Below are positions 60,818 through 64,000 of a stretch of 64,000 bases of DNA, in pieces. Under the pieces are notes generated by a model, which worked only from the letters and a program-made list of their open reading frames with translations, was not told the DNA's origin and searched no databases. The translations under genes and the position numbers were made by a program. The DNA is from Acidimicrobiales bacterium (lineage in GTDB: Bacteria > Actinomycetota > Acidimicrobiia > Acidimicrobiales > WLNW01), in the NCBI GenBank assembly GCA_039934635.1, contig JBDTLT010000001.1, forward strand, positions 66,315 through 130,314. The letters run 5' to 3'. Position 1 is the first letter of the stretch; every line of letters begins with the position of its first letter.

Positions 60818-61627
60818 ATGTTGAAGACGATGAAGCACACCGTGCTGCCCCCGAGGGGCAGTCCTGACCCGCCCGCGATCTTGCGGCTCGTCGGGCATCC
60901 GGTCCGCTGGCGGCTGTTGCAAGAACTGGTTCGCAGCGACCGCGCGGTCGTGGAGTTGACCGAGCGGCTCGATGCACCGCAAAGCCTGCTGTCGTATCAC
61001 CTCGGTCAGCTGCGAGCGGGCGAGCTCGTGTCGCCGCGCCGCAGCTCGGCGGACCGGCGCGACTGCTACTACCGCATCGATCTCGCGCGGTGCGCACAAC
61101 TTCTCCAAGCCGCTGGCGGTGCACTTCATCCGGGGCTACGGCTGACACCTGCCTCGTCGACGACACCGAATCGCCCGGTTGGTCGTCGCTCGCGCGCAAA
61201 GGTACGGGTTCTCTTCCTGTGCACCGGCAACAGCGCCCGTTCACAGATTGCCGAAGCGCTGCTGCACCACCAGTCTGGCGGGACCATCGACGCGGCGAGC
61301 GCGGGGAGCAATCCGAAGTCCCTTCATCGCAATGCCGTACGAGTGATGAAGCAGCGCGGTATCGATATCAGTGGCAATCGCACCAAGCATCTCGACGAGT
61401 TCGCATCGCAGCGCTTTGACTTCGTGATCACGTTGTGCGACCGCGTGCGCGAGGTTTGTCCCGAGTTCCCCGCGCATCCGGAACGTGTGCACTGGAGCAC
61501 TGCTGATCCTGCGCTCGAAGGATCGACCGAGCGTGCCTCGTTGCCCCCATTCGAACGCACGGCGGCCGAACTCGAGACGCGCATCCACTTTTTGCTCGCC
61601 GCGATAAATGAACCATCAATGAACTAA
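60818..61627 (+). CDS. ArsR/SmtB-family HTH regulator fused to a low-molecular-weight phosphatase-type arsenate reductase (ArsC) domain
   Basis: ATG 60818 (GAAGGG upstream) in frame in track ORF 60758..61627. The N-terminal half has ILRLVGHPVRWRLLQELVRSDRAVVELTERLDAPQSLLSYHLGQLRAGELV (ArsR wHTH). The C-terminal half has VRVLFLCTGNSARSQIAEAL plus ITLCDRVREVCP, matching the Cys10/Cys82/Cys89 spacing of Trx-coupled ArsC. Confidence 0.8.
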   Translation: MLKTMKHTVLPPRGSPDPPAILRLVGHPVRWRLLQELVRSDRAVVELTERLDAPQSLLSYHLGQLRAGELVSPRRSSADRRDCYYRIDLARCAQLLQAAGGALHPGLRLTPASSTTPNRPVGRRSRAKVRVLFLCTGNSARSQIAEALLHHQSGGTIDAASAGSNPKSLHRNAVRVMKQRGIDISGNRTKHLDEFASQRFDFVITLCDRVREVCPEFPAHPERVHWSTADPALEGSTERASLPPFERTAAELETRIHFLLAAINEPSMN

Positions 61628-61638
61628 GGGGTCTGCTC

Positions 61639-62025
61639 ATGATCAACGACGAGACAGTCAATGTCCGGTACATGGTCGACGATGTCGAAGCGTCGATCGA
61701 GTTCTATACAAAGCTGCTCGGCTTCGAACTTCTGACGAGCGCCGCCCCGGCGTTCGCGGACGTCAAGCGGGGCAACTTGCGGCTGCTGCTCGCGGGCCCA
61801 CAGAGTTCGGCCGGGCGTCCCATGCCCGATGGACGCAAGCCGGGCCCTGGCGGGTGGAATCGAATCCACTTCATCCTCGACGACATCGAGACGGAAGTCG
61901 CCCGACTCCGCGATGCCGGAGCCATCTTCCGCAACGACATCTTGTCGGGGCCCGGGGGCAAGCAGATCCTGCTCGAAGATCCATCCGGCAACGTGGTCGA
62001 GCTGTTCCAGCCCGCGACTCGATGA
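61639..62025 (+). CDS. VOC (glyoxalase/bleomycin-resistance) family protein, possibly CadI-like
   Basis: 128 aa, starting 11 nt after the ArsR-ArsC gene. VRYMVDDVEASIEFYTKLLGFEL...NRIHFILDDIETEVARLRDAG...LLEDPSGNVVELFQ. No cysteines. Confidence 0.7.
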   Translation: MINDETVNVRYMVDDVEASIEFYTKLLGFELLTSAAPAFADVKRGNLRLLLAGPQSSAGRPMPDGRKPGPGGWNRIHFILDDIETEVARLRDAGAIFRNDILSGPGGKQILLEDPSGNVVELFQPATR

Positions 62026-62213
62026 TCCGAACGGATACGTCACCAAGCCGGTGCCGCTCCCTATAGGTGCCGGTCGGGCCCGGGTAGTAGTTGCGGTGTC
62101 GATGCCAACCACGATTCACCCGAATTTGGCCCTTTAGATCGACGCCTCCGCGCCGAAGACTCTGTGGTAACCGTCGGATACGTACGGCGGACACTCGAGA
62201 GAGGTGCAAGTAG

Positions 62214-63176
62214 ATGCGCGGACGGTTGTCGGCTTGGAAGCGTTGTTGCGTAGTGGCGGCAATCGCCGCAGTTGCGATCGGCGTCGGTGGCATCGCAGTG
62301 GCCGGAGCGGGCAGCGGAGCCTCGAACTCGATCGTGCCGGTCGCCCCCGTTCGAATTCTCGATACCCGTGCCGGCACCGGCGCTGCGGCTGCGCCGATCG
62401 GACCCGACGCCGCGTACAGACTCACCGTCGCGGGCGTGGCCGGTGTTCCGGTGGACGCAACAGGGGTGCTGTTGAACGTCACCGCGGTCAACGGAACCGA
62501 CACGAGCTTCTTGACCGTCTATCCAGATGGGACTGCACGGCCCAACACTTCGAATCTGAACTGGTCTGACGGCGCGCCACATCCGAACATGGTGTCGGTG
62601 GCGCTCGGTACCGGTGGCGCGATCAACTTCTACAATCGCACCGGTCAAGTGGATCTCATCGTTGATCTCGCCGGCTACTTCACCACTGCGCCTACTCCGC
62701 CCGCACCAACGACGACGGCACCGACACCGCAGGGTGTGTCGGCACTCAGTGCAGAATCGATCGTTGAGTCCAATCACCAGTGGTCACCCGGTCCGTTCCC
62801 GTTCAACACGACCGGCTTGGTGCTCGGTACCGACATCTCTCATGACGCAGTCAACGCGCCCGAGTCATTCGTCATCGCCCGCGCCGGCATCTATCGAGTC
62901 GACTATGACGTGTCCGACGAGGGTTGCTGTGCGTACGACGGCACATTCGGCGTCACCGTCAACGGCGCACCGGTCAACCCGATCTCTGCGATCGGCGATG
63001 GCGGACCTGGTGGCGGGGGCAGTATCGACCACACCGTCATCGTCGATGTCGCCACCGACGGCACCACGTTGCAGCTGCTCTTCAGCGGCGGCAATGTGCT
63101 CTACTCGGCTTACGCCGGCGGCGGCAACCACTCGTTCGCCTCGATCACCATCCAACGCATCGGCGACCGAACCTGA
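62214..63176 (+). CDS. Secreted/anchored two-domain protein of unknown function (C-terminal domain possibly C1q/BclA-like jelly roll)
   Basis: 320 aa, with GAGAGAGG upstream. N-terminal hydrophobic segment CCVVAAIAAVAIGVGGIAVAGAG. The first domain carries RILDTR...GVP..ATGVLLNVTAVNGT..SFLTVYPDG..RPNTSNLNW...DLIVDLAGYF. A Pro/Thr linker follows. The C-terminal part has IYRVDYDVS...GVTVNGAPV...TLQLLF...ASITIQRI. Confidence 0.6.
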   Translation: MRGRLSAWKRCCVVAAIAAVAIGVGGIAVAGAGSGASNSIVPVAPVRILDTRAGTGAAAAPIGPDAAYRLTVAGVAGVPVDATGVLLNVTAVNGTDTSFLTVYPDGTARPNTSNLNWSDGAPHPNMVSVALGTGGAINFYNRTGQVDLIVDLAGYFTTAPTPPAPTTTAPTPQGVSALSAESIVESNHQWSPGPFPFNTTGLVLGTDISHDAVNAPESFVIARAGIYRVDYDVSDEGCCAYDGTFGVTVNGAPVNPISAIGDGGPGGGGSIDHTVIVDVATDGTTLQLLFSGGNVLYSAYAGGGNHSFASITIQRIGDRT

Positions 63177-63403
63177 CGTCGTATCGGCCTCCGAACACGA
63201 TCGCCAAGACCGCTCACCGAACAACGCCACGAGCAGACTGACACAACCTGGGGGCCGCCTCGTGGTGGCAGCCATGCTGACCCGGTCGGTGTTGGCGAGG
63301 GAGCGGGCTACGCGGTGCAATCGATGGGTTGCTGCGCGTGAAGCGATCGTTGTTTCGCTTCGGCTCCGGCGCACCTACTGTGTGAACGCAGAGGGAGAGA
63401 CGC

Positions 63404-63892
63404 ATGGAGTTGGATGGTGTTCGACGACAGGTTCACGCTGACAAGCGCTGGCCCGAATGGGCGGCAGCTCATGGCCTGTCCTACCGCGAGGATGCGCCTG
63501 ACCTCGTGGGCGTCTGGTTTCCGGCCTTCGACGGAATGGAGCGCTATGTCCACGTCATGGGTGGACAATGGAACGGGGTTGGCTTCTGGGCCTTCAGCCG
63601 CGGCACGTGGAACCGACCGCTCGGCAGTCGTAGAGGACACACCTGGATTTTTCACGACTTCGTGTTCGTCAAGCTTCCCGGTTCGCTGTCACCGGAAATT
63701 GTCGCTATGAGTCCTTCGGAAGGCTTCGCTCTACTCGGGGGGCGACTCCCGTCTGGTTTCGATTTCTCGTATCGCGGGTTGGATTGGCTCGAGGGGATCA
63801 GCCCGCACATGTCCCCACAACTGCTAGAGGGTGTGCTCCAAAACCTCACACTCCAAATCAACGCAGCGCCGCCGTCGCTCTGGCAGCACTGA
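63404..63892 (+). CDS. Hypothetical protein
   Basis: 162-aa ORF with GGGAGAG upstream of the ATG. Trp/Phe-rich. I recognise no motif, and the GC looks lower than in the catabolic block. Confidence 0.4.
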   Translation: MELDGVRRQVHADKRWPEWAAAHGLSYREDAPDLVGVWFPAFDGMERYVHVMGGQWNGVGFWAFSRGTWNRPLGSRRGHTWIFHDFVFVKLPGSLSPEIVAMSPSEGFALLGGRLPSGFDFSYRGLDWLEGISPHMSPQLLEGVLQNLTLQINAAPPSLWQH

Positions 63893-64000
63893 CCGCGTGG
63901 CTGCCGACGCCTCAGCGAAAAGAAGCTGTTGCGGCATCGTAGGTCAGCTCAGCGCTTCTGCACTTAGTGCCGCAAGGAGTCGTGGTGCCTGCACTGTTTT

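Noticed and set aside
61639-62025. The VOC protein next to ArsR-ArsC as an ArsI-type C-As lyase.
   Set aside because: The protein contains no cysteine at all, whereas ArsI depends on a vicinal Cys pair. A CadI-like or generic VOC function is more plausible.
63973-64000. Possible gene start at the right edge: AAGGAG followed by GTGGTGCCTGCACTGTTT.
   Set aside because: Only ~6 codons are visible, which is too little to support a CDS call.
1-64000. Looked for CRISPR arrays, tRNA/rRNA genes, IS elements, integrases, toxin-antitoxin pairs and known defence-system signatures.
   Set aside because: I found none. The only repeats are the short ones listed as features, and every sizeable ORF is accounted for by metabolic, envelope or unknown-function genes. 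A tRNA or covariance-model scan would be needed to exclude small RNAs formally.

Overview
High-GC actinobacterial-type chromosomal segment with very high third-position GC and long spurious shadow ORFs on every frame. It is almost fully coding: I call about 62 protein genes. I found no rRNA, tRNA, CRISPR array, transposase, integrase or phage gene. Positions ~930-52,250 form one very large catabolic block built from a few repeated families. These are 4 PF04909-type amidohydrolases, 4 genes (5 domains) of family III CoA-transferase/racemase, 7 SDRs, 4 acyl-CoA dehydrogenases, 3 crotonases and 3 VOC/glyoxalase proteins. The block also has 2 D-aminoacylase-like amidohydrolases, a P450, a Rieske oxygenase, a TauD dioxygenase, an FMN hydroxy-acid oxidase, an LLM oxidoreductase, an acyl-CoA ligase, hotdog hydratase/thioesterase genes and a CitE-like lyase. 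Many genes are linked by 4-nt start/stop overlaps. I recognise no regulator, transporter or ferredoxin/reductase anywhere in this block. The right-hand ~12 kb (52.2-64 kb) is different. It encodes a membrane-anchored M1-like metallopeptidase, a lipoprotein, an orphan family-5 solute-binding lipoprotein and a flavin amine oxidase whose domain order looks circularly permuted. It also carries a hemerythrin / ArsR-ArsC fusion / VOC module and secreted proteins of unknown function. Other points worth a second look are an orphan MerB-like protein, a fused double CoA-transferase next to a CitE-like lyase, and an FlK-like thioesterase next to a short/long ACAD pair. Non-coding oddities include a perfect 31-bp tandem repeat, a 24-bp-stem palindrome, and an unusually long lower-GC intergenic region upstream of an M23 peptidase that carries a 14-proline run. 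All family calls come from motif recognition by eye; no searches were run.
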